This document shows positions 9,730 through 19,620 of a DNA stretch of 55,706 nt, in pieces. This stretch comes from Candidatus Uhrbacteria bacterium RIFOXYC2_FULL_47_19 (lineage in GTDB: Bacteria > Patescibacteriota > Patescibacteriia > SG8-24): positions 1 to 55,706 of the forward strand of contig MGFG01000026.1 of the NCBI GenBank assembly GCA_001791745.1, read 5' to 3'. Positions within the stretch are counted from its first letter, which is position 1, and each line of letters opens with the position of its first letter. The position numbers were made by a program, and so were the translations under genes. Under the pieces are notes generated by a model that had not been told where the DNA came from, did no database searches, and saw only the letters and a list, made by a program, of their open reading frames with translations.

Positions 9730-12700
9730 ATGAAAAACAAACGGACAACCTATCATCCGTTTGGGCTGAATAGGAAACTATCCCGCCTTAATTTGGTTAT
9801 AGTTACAGCTTTTGTTGTCATTGTTATTTTGACTTCGGCTGTATTATCTATCCAGGTTGCGTCTGCTCTCAATTTTAGTCTTCGTGATCTGATTTCCAAT
9901 CAAGCAGCTAATGGGTCTTCTGCCCATCGGATAAGTTTCAATCTTTCTGGTGCCAATACATTTACATTCGGGGAAGAGATTATTGTAGATTTTCCTGCCG
10001 ATTTTATACTTGGCGGAATTTGGGATGTTACCGACTTTACTTTTACTGATAGTTTGACCAGGACAGTGGATGCGGTTGATTCTGGTCCGGGGGTAGATAC
10101 AGTTGCTTGTGCTGACGGCGCTCTAAATGTTGGTGTGGCCATCGATACTACAAATAATATCTTTAGGGTCATACCTTGCGGAGGTTCTTTTACTGCTAGT
10201 GCAGCTAGTGCTGCAGTGGTTTTTACCATAGCTGGTGTTGGAGCGAACGGAATATTGATGCTTAATCCAGCTTTCCCCGGCAGTTACATCATATCTGTAA
10301 CTGACGCAGCTGGAGATTGTTCCAGTGGTTGTGACATGGCGGTTTCAATCATTGATGCCTCAACAGTTTCAGTTTCGGTTGAAGTAAGTAGTGGTCCGGT
10401 CTGCGGTAATAGTGTGATTGAGGCTGGTGAGACTTGCGACGATGGTAACGTGGTTTCTGGCGATGGCTGCAGTGCACTCTGTGCGCTGGAGGGTGCTGGA
10501 CCACCTCCACCTGGTGACGTTACACCTCCAGTCATCACCTATCATTGTGCCACTACCATCAATAGAAATTCGGCGGTTATTACTTGGGAAACCAATGAAG
10601 CAGCCAATTCTACCATTCAATGCGGGTTGACCGCTGCCTATGGGCTAACCGTTTTTAATCCATCATTCGTTGTTTCTCACAGTTTGACTATAAATGATTT
10701 AGCCGAAGGGACACTCTATCATTGTCGAGCTTGTTCCAGTGATTCTCCTGGTAATTCAACTTGTTCGTCAGATTGCACCTTTACAACTTTAGATGAAACT
10801 CCTCCAATTATTTCTGATCTGTCTTGTGCTGACATTACTACCACATCTTTTCGGGTGACCTGGAATACCAATGAGAATGCGTCCTCGTTCATTGATTATG
10901 GGTTAGAGGTCGGTCCACCTTATCCCACCAATGCTGGAGCAGCAGAATTAATTCTAGCTCATTCAGTTACGGTTTCTGGATTATTACCAGCTACTACTTA
11001 TCATTATCGAGTGCGAACTGGCGATGCTTCTAGTAACGAGGCTTTATCGGCTGACCTGACTTGCACGACCAGTGACGGTGCTATTGTTCCGCCAGTGATT
11101 TCGAATATTAGAGTGACGGATATCAGTTGTGTAGCTCCAGTTTCTGCTACGGTTCGTTGGGACACTAACGAAGCCGCAGATTCAAAAGTCGATTATGGCC
11201 CAGTAGTTGGTCCTCCATATACGAATTTAGCTTCCACCCCGGCTGATTTGCTGAGTCATATCATAACCTTGACCGGACTGAGTACCGGGCAAACTTATCA
11301 TTATCGAGTTAGATCGGAAGATCCGACTGATCTCGAGACGGCCAGTGCTGATAATGTTTTTATTACACCTAGTGGGAGTCCACCGGTGATTTCTGGGATA
11401 TCTACTTCTGATATAACAGCTGGATCGGCCACTATTTTATGGTCTACCGATGTCAGTTCTAGTTCATTGGTCGACTATGGTCCGACGGTTGCTTATGGTA
11501 GTGATCAAAGTAATGTTTCTGCGGTTTTGGCACACTCCTTAGTTATTCCCGGACTCAATGCTTGTACTACTTACCACTATCGAGTTAGGTCGGGGCACGC
11601 CTGTGCAACGGAGACGGTTTCGGTGGATCAGAGTTTTACCACTACTGCACTAGCCATGCCAGTTATTTCTGATCTTGAAGTTACTCATATCGGTGAGAAC
11701 TCCGCTCGTGTTTCGTGGACCACTGCTACACCAACCAGTTCAACTGTTGATTATGGTCCAACTGTTGCCTATGGTCAGGTTTCATCTGCGCCAGGCTTAA
11801 CACTTAATCATCTGGTCGTCATTAGTGGTTTGTTACCTGGTACCACCTATCATTTTCGTGCTCGATCCGAAGATACCTGCAATCAGGGGACTGCGACTGA
11901 CGATGGTACTTTTAGTACCATTCCCGATTTAATACCGCCAGGATGCGTCATGAATCTGGTCGCCAATCCTGGTAGCGCGGTAATTCGTCTCGGCTGGACT
12001 AATCCACCAGATGCTGATTTGCAAGGTGTACGTTTAGTTCGTCGTCAGGGTGTTTGTCCAGCCGGCCGTGCTGATGGGATGACGGTTTATGATGGTTTAG
12101 AGAATTCTTTTGATGATTTCGGTGTAGTGAATGGGCTGAATTATTGTTATGGAGCCTTTGGTTATGATGAAGCGGGTAATTTTGGTTGTGGGGCGATCGC
12201 TTCTGCAACTCCGGTTGGTCCGGCCGACGTAGTACCACCTGCTTGCTCAGCGGGTTTTACTGTCTCGGTTGGTAATAGGCAAATCACTTTGAATTGGAGT
12301 AATCCAGCTGATCGCGACTTTGCTGGAACACGCATTGTGCGGCGAACGGACCGTTTCCCAGTCGATAGGTCAGATGGAACAGTCATTTTTGATGGTGCTG
12401 GTACTGGTTGGACTGATGTTGGTCTGGTTAATGGCACTACCTATTATTACGGGGCATTTTCTTATGACTTATCGGGAAACAATTGTGCTGGCGTGTTTAA
12501 CCAAGGGGTGCCAGCCGCTGGAGTGGATTTAGTGCCTCCAGTTTGCGCTTCCGGCCTGACTGCAACAGCCGGAGATAGTCAGGTTTTGGTCGTTTGGAGT
12601 AATCCAGCTGATCCAGGATTGTCTGGAACACGCATTGTTCGACGGGATGATCATGCACCAACTGGACCTGCTGATGGCCTAGCTGTCTTCGAGGGAATTG

Positions 12701-15528
12701 CCGACAACTATTTTGATCTTGGATTGACTAATGGTCGGACGTATTACTACGGAGCTTATACTTACGATGCTTCACGTAATTACTGCTTGGGGCCGACCAC
12801 CTCGGCGACTCCAGAGTTCGGTCTTCCACCTCCTCGCTTGGAATGTACTGATACTGATGGTGGTATCGATTATTTTGTCCGTGGGACAACAACTACCTCC
12901 GCCGGATCATTCTTAGACGCCTGTGTAAATCGATCTGTACTAAGAGAAAACTTTTGTTCTGGCGGTGATTTAAGCACCACCGACTATCGGTGTAGTGCTG
13001 GATACAAGTGTTCATCTGGTCGTTGTCTTCCAGCTACAGCTGTCGTATCAACTTCGACTTGTGGTAATGGAGTTTGCGAACGTCGGGACTGTAGAATCGA
13101 ATGTAATTTAATGACCTTCGATTTATATATAGTGAATCCTGATGGCACTGAGCGGCATATGAGTACCGGAGCGGTCCGCTCAGAGCAACTTTCACCAGGA
13201 CGTCTCAGGTTGAGTTTCGATGATGATGGTTTGGATATGGATTACGATGATGTCGTCTTGATTCTCGATACCAATGCTTGTGGTTCGGCGGGTGTTACTT
13301 TGGTCAGTCGTAATTCTCCACTCAATCATCAGGTCAGACTAGCAGTTAGTTATCATGGCGTTCCCAAGCTCGATCGTCTGGTTTGGCAGGACTCGACAAT
13401 TGCACCTGGATCAACAACCTCTTTGAACGTTAGTGACGATCCAGCTATTTGTGAAGGGAACGAAGATGAGCTCAGTTGCCCGGTCGATTGTCAGGCTGAA
13501 CCAATGGAACCGTTAGTTGAGGAAGGGGATACAGTTTCCGAGTCAGATAGGCTATCAGCAACAGTTCTTAGGTATTACGCAACTTCGGCTAGGATTCCAT
13601 TACTCTCGACGAGTGGCGACGTCTCAGTCTTTCCTGGAATGTCGGTTATTATTTCTTTGCCAAGCACGAACTTACTTCAGACGCCACGTACAGTGCATTT
13701 GAATCTGGCTGCTGGTTCGTATGTTATGTCGCCTACAGGTGATGCTTTTGAAGCTAGAATAGTAACGCCGGTAGATTTAGCTCGACATCTATTTTCAGTG
13801 GTGATTGATTATGGCGATGACTTAACAGAGACAATTCGTGCTGGAATTGAAGTTGTACCGTTTAGCCGAGTAGTCGAGGAAAAGGATGGTAAAAAAATTG
13901 GGGTATCCGAGGCCAGAGTGACACTGTATTCTGAGTTTGAAAATGGTAGTTTTGGTCTTTGGTCAGGGGATAGTTCAGGACAGATCAATCCAGTAGTAAG
14001 TGCTGAGGGTGGTACCTATGATTTCATTGTTCCTAACGGTACTTATCGACTTAGTGTAGAGAAGGATGGTTATCGCACTAAGGAGACTATGGCTTTTCCA
14101 GTGATCAACGGTTTAGTTATTCGTGACGTCGTTCTGATTGCGGAACCACAGAAGACCGCTGATTCGTTTCAAAATATTATCAATCAAGTTGATTTTCAGA
14201 CTAAGGTCGTAGTCGAGGATATTAAGGAATTCACCAACAATCCTTTTATTGAGGAAGGGGCACAGAAGCGTGTCGCTCCAGCAGCGGTGGCGGTGGCGAC
14301 AGCTAATGTGGCTGTAGCTGGTGCTGCGACAGCCACTGCCTTTCCATACCTTCTATATCTATATACGTTACTGACTCATCCATCACTACTCTTCGGTGCT
14401 AAGAAGCGCAAAAAGTGGGGTGTGGTTTATGATGCGGTAACTAAACAACCAGTTGATTTGGCCATTGTTCGTCTAATCAACGATCAAACCGGACGCATCA
14501 TCAGATCGACAGTGACCGACCGTGAAGGACGCTACTTTTTTATGGCCGGTCGTGGTTCTTACCGAATGATAGTTGCTAAGTCTGGCTACGTGTTTCCGAC
14601 TGCCTATTTGAAAAATGTTCGTGAGGATGTGCGGTTTATCAATCTTTATCACAGCGAGACCATAGCTGTTTCGGATGACGCAACCATAGCAGCCAATATT
14701 CCAGTTGATCCGTTGATGAAGGAGAAAGCTCCGCGTCGAGTGTTCTGGGAGGGTGTAGCTCGTCGAGTTCAGCGGAGTGTGAGTGTTTTGACCTTGCTCG
14801 CTTTAATTGTAGCTGTAGTCATTTCTCCAACCCCATTCGTGATTTTGATGCTCGCCGTCAATTTATTGATGCACCTATTGTTCCGTCGATTAGCGGCCGG
14901 TCGTCAACCCAAGAATTGGGGTATTGTTTACGACCAGCAAACTAAGAGGCCAATTCGAAATGCCATTGTTCGTATTTTTGAGGCTCGTTACAACAAGTTG
15001 CTAGAAACCAGAGTGACCGACCTGCGTGGGCGTTATGCATTCTTGGTCGGTAATAATGTTTATTATGTCACTTACGAAAAGCCTGGTTATCAAAAGAAAC
15101 AGGTTGGACCGTTGGATTTGGTAGCGGTTAAGAAGAAAGAAGATCAATTAGTGGCCGGTGATATCGGCTTGGTTTCGGAGCGCCCAGTTAGTTTCTGGTC
15201 AGGTCTCAGGTTTAGATTGGGAACGGCACTCGGTTTAATTAATAAAGTAGACAAGGCCCCATCGTTGAATAAGCCGCCATTAGCGGAGAAGATTGGCCAA
15301 ACTGGGCACTTAATTGTTCAACCTGGGGATAAAGCGGCTAAAGGTACGGTTAGTCAGTCAGTTGTGACACAGCCTGGAAAACAAGCTGTGGATAATTTAG
15401 GTGAACAAAAAACTAAAACTCCTTGGGAGCTTCAAGTTTTAGAGCAGATACAAAAAAAGGCAATTGAATCTGATTCACCGATACTGAAAAATGATTCTGG
15501 TCCAAAGAATGATGAGTCAGCGAAATAA
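9730..15528 (+). CDS. Giant membrane-anchored surface protein (FN3-like repeats, Cys-rich modules, carboxypeptidase-regulatory-like domains)
   Basis: CGN..E.GE.CDDGN...GDGCS repeat; five W.T.E.A.S.V.YG...YHYRV repeats; three W.NP.D..G.R..RR repeats; WG.VYD..TK.P domains flanking TM helices. Confidence 0.85.
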   Translation: MKNKRTTYHPFGLNRKLSRLNLVIVTAFVVIVILTSAVLSIQVASALNFSLRDLISNQAANGSSAHRISFNLSGANTFTFGEEIIVDFPADFILGGIWDVTDFTFTDSLTRTVDAVDSGPGVDTVACADGALNVGVAIDTTNNIFRVIPCGGSFTASAASAAVVFTIAGVGANGILMLNPAFPGSYIISVTDAAGDCSSGCDMAVSIIDASTVSVSVEVSSGPVCGNSVIEAGETCDDGNVVSGDGCSALCALEGAGPPPPGDVTPPVITYHCATTINRNSAVITWETNEAANSTIQCGLTAAYGLTVFNPSFVVSHSLTINDLAEGTLYHCRACSSDSPGNSTCSSDCTFTTLDETPPIISDLSCADITTTSFRVTWNTNENASSFIDYGLEVGPPYPTNAGAAELILAHSVTVSGLLPATTYHYRVRTGDASSNEALSADLTCTTSDGAIVPPVISNIRVTDISCVAPVSATVRWDTNEAADSKVDYGPVVGPPYTNLASTPADLLSHIITLTGLSTGQTYHYRVRSEDPTDLETASADNVFITPSGSPPVISGISTSDITAGSATILWSTDVSSSSLVDYGPTVAYGSDQSNVSAVLAHSLVIPGLNACTTYHYRVRSGHACATETVSVDQSFTTTALAMPVISDLEVTHIGENSARVSWTTATPTSSTVDYGPTVAYGQVSSAPGLTLNHLVVISGLLPGTTYHFRARSEDTCNQGTATDDGTFSTIPDLIPPGCVMNLVANPGSAVIRLGWTNPPDADLQGVRLVRRQGVCPAGRADGMTVYDGLENSFDDFGVVNGLNYCYGAFGYDEAGNFGCGAIASATPVGPADVVPPACSAGFTVSVGNRQITLNWSNPADRDFAGTRIVRRTDRFPVDRSDGTVIFDGAGTGWTDVGLVNGTTYYYGAFSYDLSGNNCAGVFNQGVPAAGVDLVPPVCASGLTATAGDSQVLVVWSNPADPGLSGTRIVRRDDHAPTGPADGLAVFEGIADNYFDLGLTNGRTYYYGAYTYDASRNYCLGPTTSATPEFGLPPPRLECTDTDGGIDYFVRGTTTTSAGSFLDACVNRSVLRENFCSGGDLSTTDYRCSAGYKCSSGRCLPATAVVSTSTCGNGVCERRDCRIECNLMTFDLYIVNPDGTERHMSTGAVRSEQLSPGRLRLSFDDDGLDMDYDDVVLILDTNACGSAGVTLVSRNSPLNHQVRLAVSYHGVPKLDRLVWQDSTIAPGSTTSLNVSDDPAICEGNEDELSCPVDCQAEPMEPLVEEGDTVSESDRLSATVLRYYATSARIPLLSTSGDVSVFPGMSVIISLPSTNLLQTPRTVHLNLAAGSYVMSPTGDAFEARIVTPVDLARHLFSVVIDYGDDLTETIRAGIEVVPFSRVVEEKDGKKIGVSEARVTLYSEFENGSFGLWSGDSSGQINPVVSAEGGTYDFIVPNGTYRLSVEKDGYRTKETMAFPVINGLVIRDVVLIAEPQKTADSFQNIINQVDFQTKVVVEDIKEFTNNPFIEEGAQKRVAPAAVAVATANVAVAGAATATAFPYLLYLYTLLTHPSLLFGAKKRKKWGVVYDAVTKQPVDLAIVRLINDQTGRIIRSTVTDREGRYFFMAGRGSYRMIVAKSGYVFPTAYLKNVREDVRFINLYHSETIAVSDDATIAANIPVDPLMKEKAPRRVFWEGVARRVQRSVSVLTLLALIVAVVISPTPFVILMLAVNLLMHLLFRRLAAGRQPKNWGIVYDQQTKRPIRNAIVRIFEARYNKLLETRVTDLRGRYAFLVGNNVYYVTYEKPGYQKKQVGPLDLVAVKKKEDQLVAGDIGLVSERPVSFWSGLRFRLGTALGLINKVDKAPSLNKPPLAEKIGQTGHLIVQPGDKAAKGTVSQSVVTQPGKQAVDNLGEQKTKTPWELQVLEQIQKKAIESDSPILKNDSGPKNDESAK

Positions 15529-15783
15529 TGGCTAAGGTAAGGCCTTGATTTCAAACCAGGAATGATTGGAATTGAAGTAAGAAGTAGTTGTTTTGATCCT
15601 TGAAACTGTCATGTTTAGTTGTTTGAACCGAACTCAGATAGTTTTAGAATAGATTTATCTAATAACACAGCCGGGGGCTGGTAAAAAGAGTCAAAAAATG
15701 CAATAATAGAGGTAATGAAGAGAGATCTGTAGATTGACAAAAAGACAAGTGGTGAATGGTCGCGTTACCTTAAAAGGTGGGTA

Positions 15784-18700
15784 ATGTCCCAATCTCCAGT
15801 TGGACAAAACAAAAAAGATCCAAGGAGGATAAAAACAAAAAAGATGCTCCAGGCATCAATTAAAAAGGAGAAAATCGGTTCTAGCCTCAAGTCGTTGAGG
15901 CTAGTTTGGTTTTTGTCCTATTTTATAATTTTGTTCGGACTGGTTTCGCCTCTTGGTTTCGCCGAAGCGTCAGGTCCATCTTCGAATCGTGTTCTTAATT
16001 ATCAAATCAGGCTAACTGATTCGAGTGGAATTAGGGTACCGGACGGTATAGTTGAGCTTGAGTTGACTATTTACGATTTAGCAATTGGCGGTAGTCAACT
16101 TTATACAGCCTGCTCTGTTGATGGTCTTCCAGGTAGTGCTCCGACTGCGGTTCAAGCCACTTTTACTAACGGAATCTCCTCGATTCTTATTGGTAGCAGC
16201 TTAACCTGCGCTGTCGGTTCAGCGGTTGCAATACCAGCTACATTGTTTACTAATACAGCCATGTATTTGGGAGTGACGGTTGAGGCTGATGCCGAAATGA
16301 CTCCCAGGAAACAGATTGTGGCTTCTGGGTACTCCATGAACGCTGATCTTTTGGATGACTTGAATACGAGTAATGCTGGTGGCACATCAGCCTTTGTTCC
16401 AATTACCGACTCCAGTGGTAATTTGACTTTGACTGGTAATCCGCAAGGTGCAGGAGTGACACAAGGTTCGTTGACCGTAAATCCGGCTACAGCTGATGCT
16501 AATGAAATTTTGTTCGGCGTAGCGCTGGGTGGTGTGACTAGGTTTAGTGTTGATGAGGATGGAGATGTGGTAATTGCCGGCAGATTGGATATGCCAGCTC
16601 ATGGTAATGATGTCGGTCTGAAGTTACCCGTTAATGCCGGTGCGCCAGTGGCAGCTGGAGGAACGGTCGAAGGTGACATTGTTTGGGACAGTACTGGAGA
16701 TGCTCTTTATGTTTACAATGGGGCGGCTTTTGTACAGGTCGACACTGATACCGATACAGGTATTACCCAAATTGGTTCAATGACTTCAGATACATCTTTT
16801 GGTGATGCCACGGCGGATGATGATTGGCTGGGTCTTGGTGCCGCAGCTGGTCGTATTATTTTCGATGATCAAGCGACCGATGAAGTGCTAATCATGGATG
16901 CTAACTTTGGTATTGGTGATGCTACCCCAACAGCACTTCTGACTGTAGGTGATGGCGATCTGTTTACAGTGGATTCGAGTGGTAATGTCGGGGTTACTGC
17001 TCGGCTCAACATGGGTACTCATAGTGACAATGTTGGTCTTAAGGTGCCTACCAATGCAGGTAATCCGGTAGAAAAGGCAGGTACGGTCGAAGGTGACATG
17101 GTTTGGAATAGTATAGGTGATGCTCTTTATGTTTATGATGGAACTTCTTTCGTCTTATCCTACACAGATACCGGCATCACTCAAATCGGTTCCATGACCT
17201 CGGCAACCTCTTTTGGTGATGCCACGGCGGATGATGATTGGCTGGGTCTTGGTGCCGCAGCTGGTCGTATTGTTTTCGATGATTCAGCGACCGATTACGT
17301 AATGGTTATGAGTGCCTTGATGGGTGTTGGTATTAGTGTTCCAAAATCAATGCTGCATGTTAGTGGTGCTGGTGGCATCGTTGGTGATTTTTCCAATTTA
17401 ATGACCATCGCTTCGACTACAGACACAGCAACCGGCATTAGTTTGAATACGACCAATGAACAATGGCTTATTGGGCAGAATTTGCCACCAGATAACCCAA
17501 CCCTTGCTGATGATTTCTTCGTCTATAACGTTGACGACAATAATACACGATTGGCTATTCAGCATGCCACTGGTTATACAGCTATCTCTGCGTTAGCTGG
17601 TGCAACTGCCAATGATTTATGTTACGACAATATTACTATTAATGGGATGTACACGTTTACAACATGTCTTCCCTCATCGATTCGTTATAAAGAGAATGTT
17701 CGTCCATTGGATGTGGATATTGAGAAGGTTTTGGCCTTAGAACCAGTACGTTTTGATTGGAAAGAGAAATTTATTACAGATGATCAAGGAAATATTGTTA
17801 ATGTAACTCCAAAAGGAGTTAGTATTGGTCTCATTGCCGAGAATACACTTCCTTTAATTCCAGATTTAGTCGAGTTCAATTCTGAGGGTCAGGTTGAGAG
17901 CATTGAATATAAGCTGTTGTCCGTCTACAACCTGGCCGTAATCAAGCAGCACAACATCGATATCTCTAGATCCTTAAAGCTCGACCAACTGACCGGGACG
18001 GCCTACGAGATCGATCCGCTACAGCCAGCCGACGCCATCACCACGGCAGTCGATTCTAAAATGTTGACCTTCTCTGGTTCGGCTTGGAATGGCGTCACTG
18101 CCGCGGCGGACGATGTTAGTTTAACGCTGCGTAATCAAGTTTACGGTTTAGATGATTACAATTTGGTTTTAACCGACAATGCCAGCAACGAAATTGCTCG
18201 AATCAACAATCAGGGAGATCTGTATTTGAGTGGTCGAATGTACCTTTCGGACCGGGGCACCATGCAGGATCAGCGTTACATTTATTATGATGGCTCGGCT
18301 GGTCCGGGTGGCGACTTCATTCGCACCAACGCCGCGGGTTGGTCCACGGGCAGCTATGACTTCGCCGAGATGTTCGGATCTTCGGAAAGTCTCGGCACTG
18401 GGGAGCTGGTTATGATTGACATGGGTTCCTCGCACAAAGTTCGGCGGGCCACAAATAGTCTAGAGTCCAACGGTTACCTGCTGGCCGGTATCGTCAGCAC
18501 TCGTCCCGGCTTTTTGGCCGGCATGAACGACGCGGATAGTTATCCGGTCGCTCTGCAAGGTCGTGTTCCGACCAAGGTTAATTTGGAAAACGGCCCGATT
18601 AGTATTGGCGATCCGATCGCTATCTCCTCAATACCTGGCGTTGGTATGAGAGCTACACAGGCTGACTATGTGGTTGGTTTAGCCCTTGAGAGTTATAACG

Positions 18701-19440
18701 GTAACGGCGACGGGCTGATCACAGTTTTCCTCAAGGTTGGTTGGTATGACGGTCGGTCTATCAATCAGGCCGACACTGAAGCTTCGGCCATGTCGCTTTC
18801 CGGTGTGAACGGCATTTTGGACATGAGTGGACAGCCGATCGTCGGTATTGGTGCACTCGAAGGCTTCGGTGGACTATGGTCGCTCGATAGCAACGGTAAG
18901 TTGACTGTGAATGAGGTCGAGGCCGATGGTGTCAGTGCTGAAAAATTGACTGTGCGGGCTGATGACGTACAGACTACGGTCGGTGAGGGTATCATTCCGG
19001 TCGGGTCTTACGAATACGTCATCGACAACCCAGCCGTCAAGTTTAATAGCCGTATCTTTGTCACTTTCTTCGGTAACATTGAGGGTAGTTGGTGGGTGAC
19101 AGAACGCACCGACGGACGGTTCAAGATCAAGCTCAGCTCGGTGGCTGCGACCGATATTCAATTTGAGTATTGGATTCTCGATGTGGTTGACGATCGTACT
19201 CATTCCACTCCGGAACCTCCGGCTGATGATGTTGAGGATAATGATGTAGTCCCGCCGTCGGCGGTTGAAGAGGAGGTGGAAGACGAGCAAGAACTTATTG
19301 ATGCTGAACCTGAGCCGGAAGTTGAGGAGGAGGTTGTTATTACCGAGCCCGAACCTGAGCCGGAAGTTGAGGAGGAGGTTGTTATTACCGAGCCCGAACC
19401 TGAGCCGGAGTTACCGATTGAGGAGGAAGTTCAGGAGTAA
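15784..19440 (+). CDS. Large fibre/adhesin with peptidase S74-like chaperone and a second DFAE-type chaperone-like domain
   Basis: Signal/TM, LNYQ.RLTDS.G N-domain, GIG..TP...L.V fibre repeats, SSIRYKEN..L.PV.F.WK..GLIAE, YDFAEMF...GIVST.PG..PVAL.GRVP.KV, acidic Pro-Glu tail. Confidence 0.8.
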   Translation: MSQSPVGQNKKDPRRIKTKKMLQASIKKEKIGSSLKSLRLVWFLSYFIILFGLVSPLGFAEASGPSSNRVLNYQIRLTDSSGIRVPDGIVELELTIYDLAIGGSQLYTACSVDGLPGSAPTAVQATFTNGISSILIGSSLTCAVGSAVAIPATLFTNTAMYLGVTVEADAEMTPRKQIVASGYSMNADLLDDLNTSNAGGTSAFVPITDSSGNLTLTGNPQGAGVTQGSLTVNPATADANEILFGVALGGVTRFSVDEDGDVVIAGRLDMPAHGNDVGLKLPVNAGAPVAAGGTVEGDIVWDSTGDALYVYNGAAFVQVDTDTDTGITQIGSMTSDTSFGDATADDDWLGLGAAAGRIIFDDQATDEVLIMDANFGIGDATPTALLTVGDGDLFTVDSSGNVGVTARLNMGTHSDNVGLKVPTNAGNPVEKAGTVEGDMVWNSIGDALYVYDGTSFVLSYTDTGITQIGSMTSATSFGDATADDDWLGLGAAAGRIVFDDSATDYVMVMSALMGVGISVPKSMLHVSGAGGIVGDFSNLMTIASTTDTATGISLNTTNEQWLIGQNLPPDNPTLADDFFVYNVDDNNTRLAIQHATGYTAISALAGATANDLCYDNITINGMYTFTTCLPSSIRYKENVRPLDVDIEKVLALEPVRFDWKEKFITDDQGNIVNVTPKGVSIGLIAENTLPLIPDLVEFNSEGQVESIEYKLLSVYNLAVIKQHNIDISRSLKLDQLTGTAYEIDPLQPADAITTAVDSKMLTFSGSAWNGVTAAADDVSLTLRNQVYGLDDYNLVLTDNASNEIARINNQGDLYLSGRMYLSDRGTMQDQRYIYYDGSAGPGGDFIRTNAAGWSTGSYDFAEMFGSSESLGTGELVMIDMGSSHKVRRATNSLESNGYLLAGIVSTRPGFLAGMNDADSYPVALQGRVPTKVNLENGPISIGDPIAISSIPGVGMRATQADYVVGLALESYNGNGDGLITVFLKVGWYDGRSINQADTEASAMSLSGVNGILDMSGQPIVGIGALEGFGGLWSLDSNGKLTVNEVEADGVSAEKLTVRADDVQTTVGEGIIPVGSYEYVIDNPAVKFNSRIFVTFFGNIEGSWWVTERTDGRFKIKLSSVAATDIQFEYWILDVVDDRTHSTPEPPADDVEDNDVVPPSAVEEEVEDEQELIDAEPEPEVEEEVVITEPEPEPEVEEEVVITEPEPEPELPIEEEVQE
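19306..19409 (+). repeat. 45-bp in-frame tandem repeat (about 2.3 copies) encoding EPEPEVEEEVVITEP
   Basis: Identical units at 19306-19350 and 19351-19395 plus a partial third copy. Confidence 0.9.
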
Positions 19441-19620
19441 TCTCAATTTTGTCGAATAGAGATCGATTTTAGTCAATCGATCTTTTTCCATTATTTTTTC
19501 GTCTTTTCTTCTTGACTTAGTCATCAATTTATGATGACGTACCGAGGTTGATAGTCTATACTTCCCATCAGTTATAACCGTAATCGGATACGGAGATCAG
19601 GCCGTATCGAACCAGTCTCT

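Noticed and set aside
16560-17300. Diversity-generating retroelement TR/VR pair
   Set aside because: Both copies are in-frame coding, differences are not adenine-specific, and there is no reverse transcriptase.
15784-19440. Prophage, suggested by tail-fibre chaperone motifs
   Set aside because: No capsid, terminase, integrase or lysis genes; the protein has an export signal and sits in a host surface cluster.
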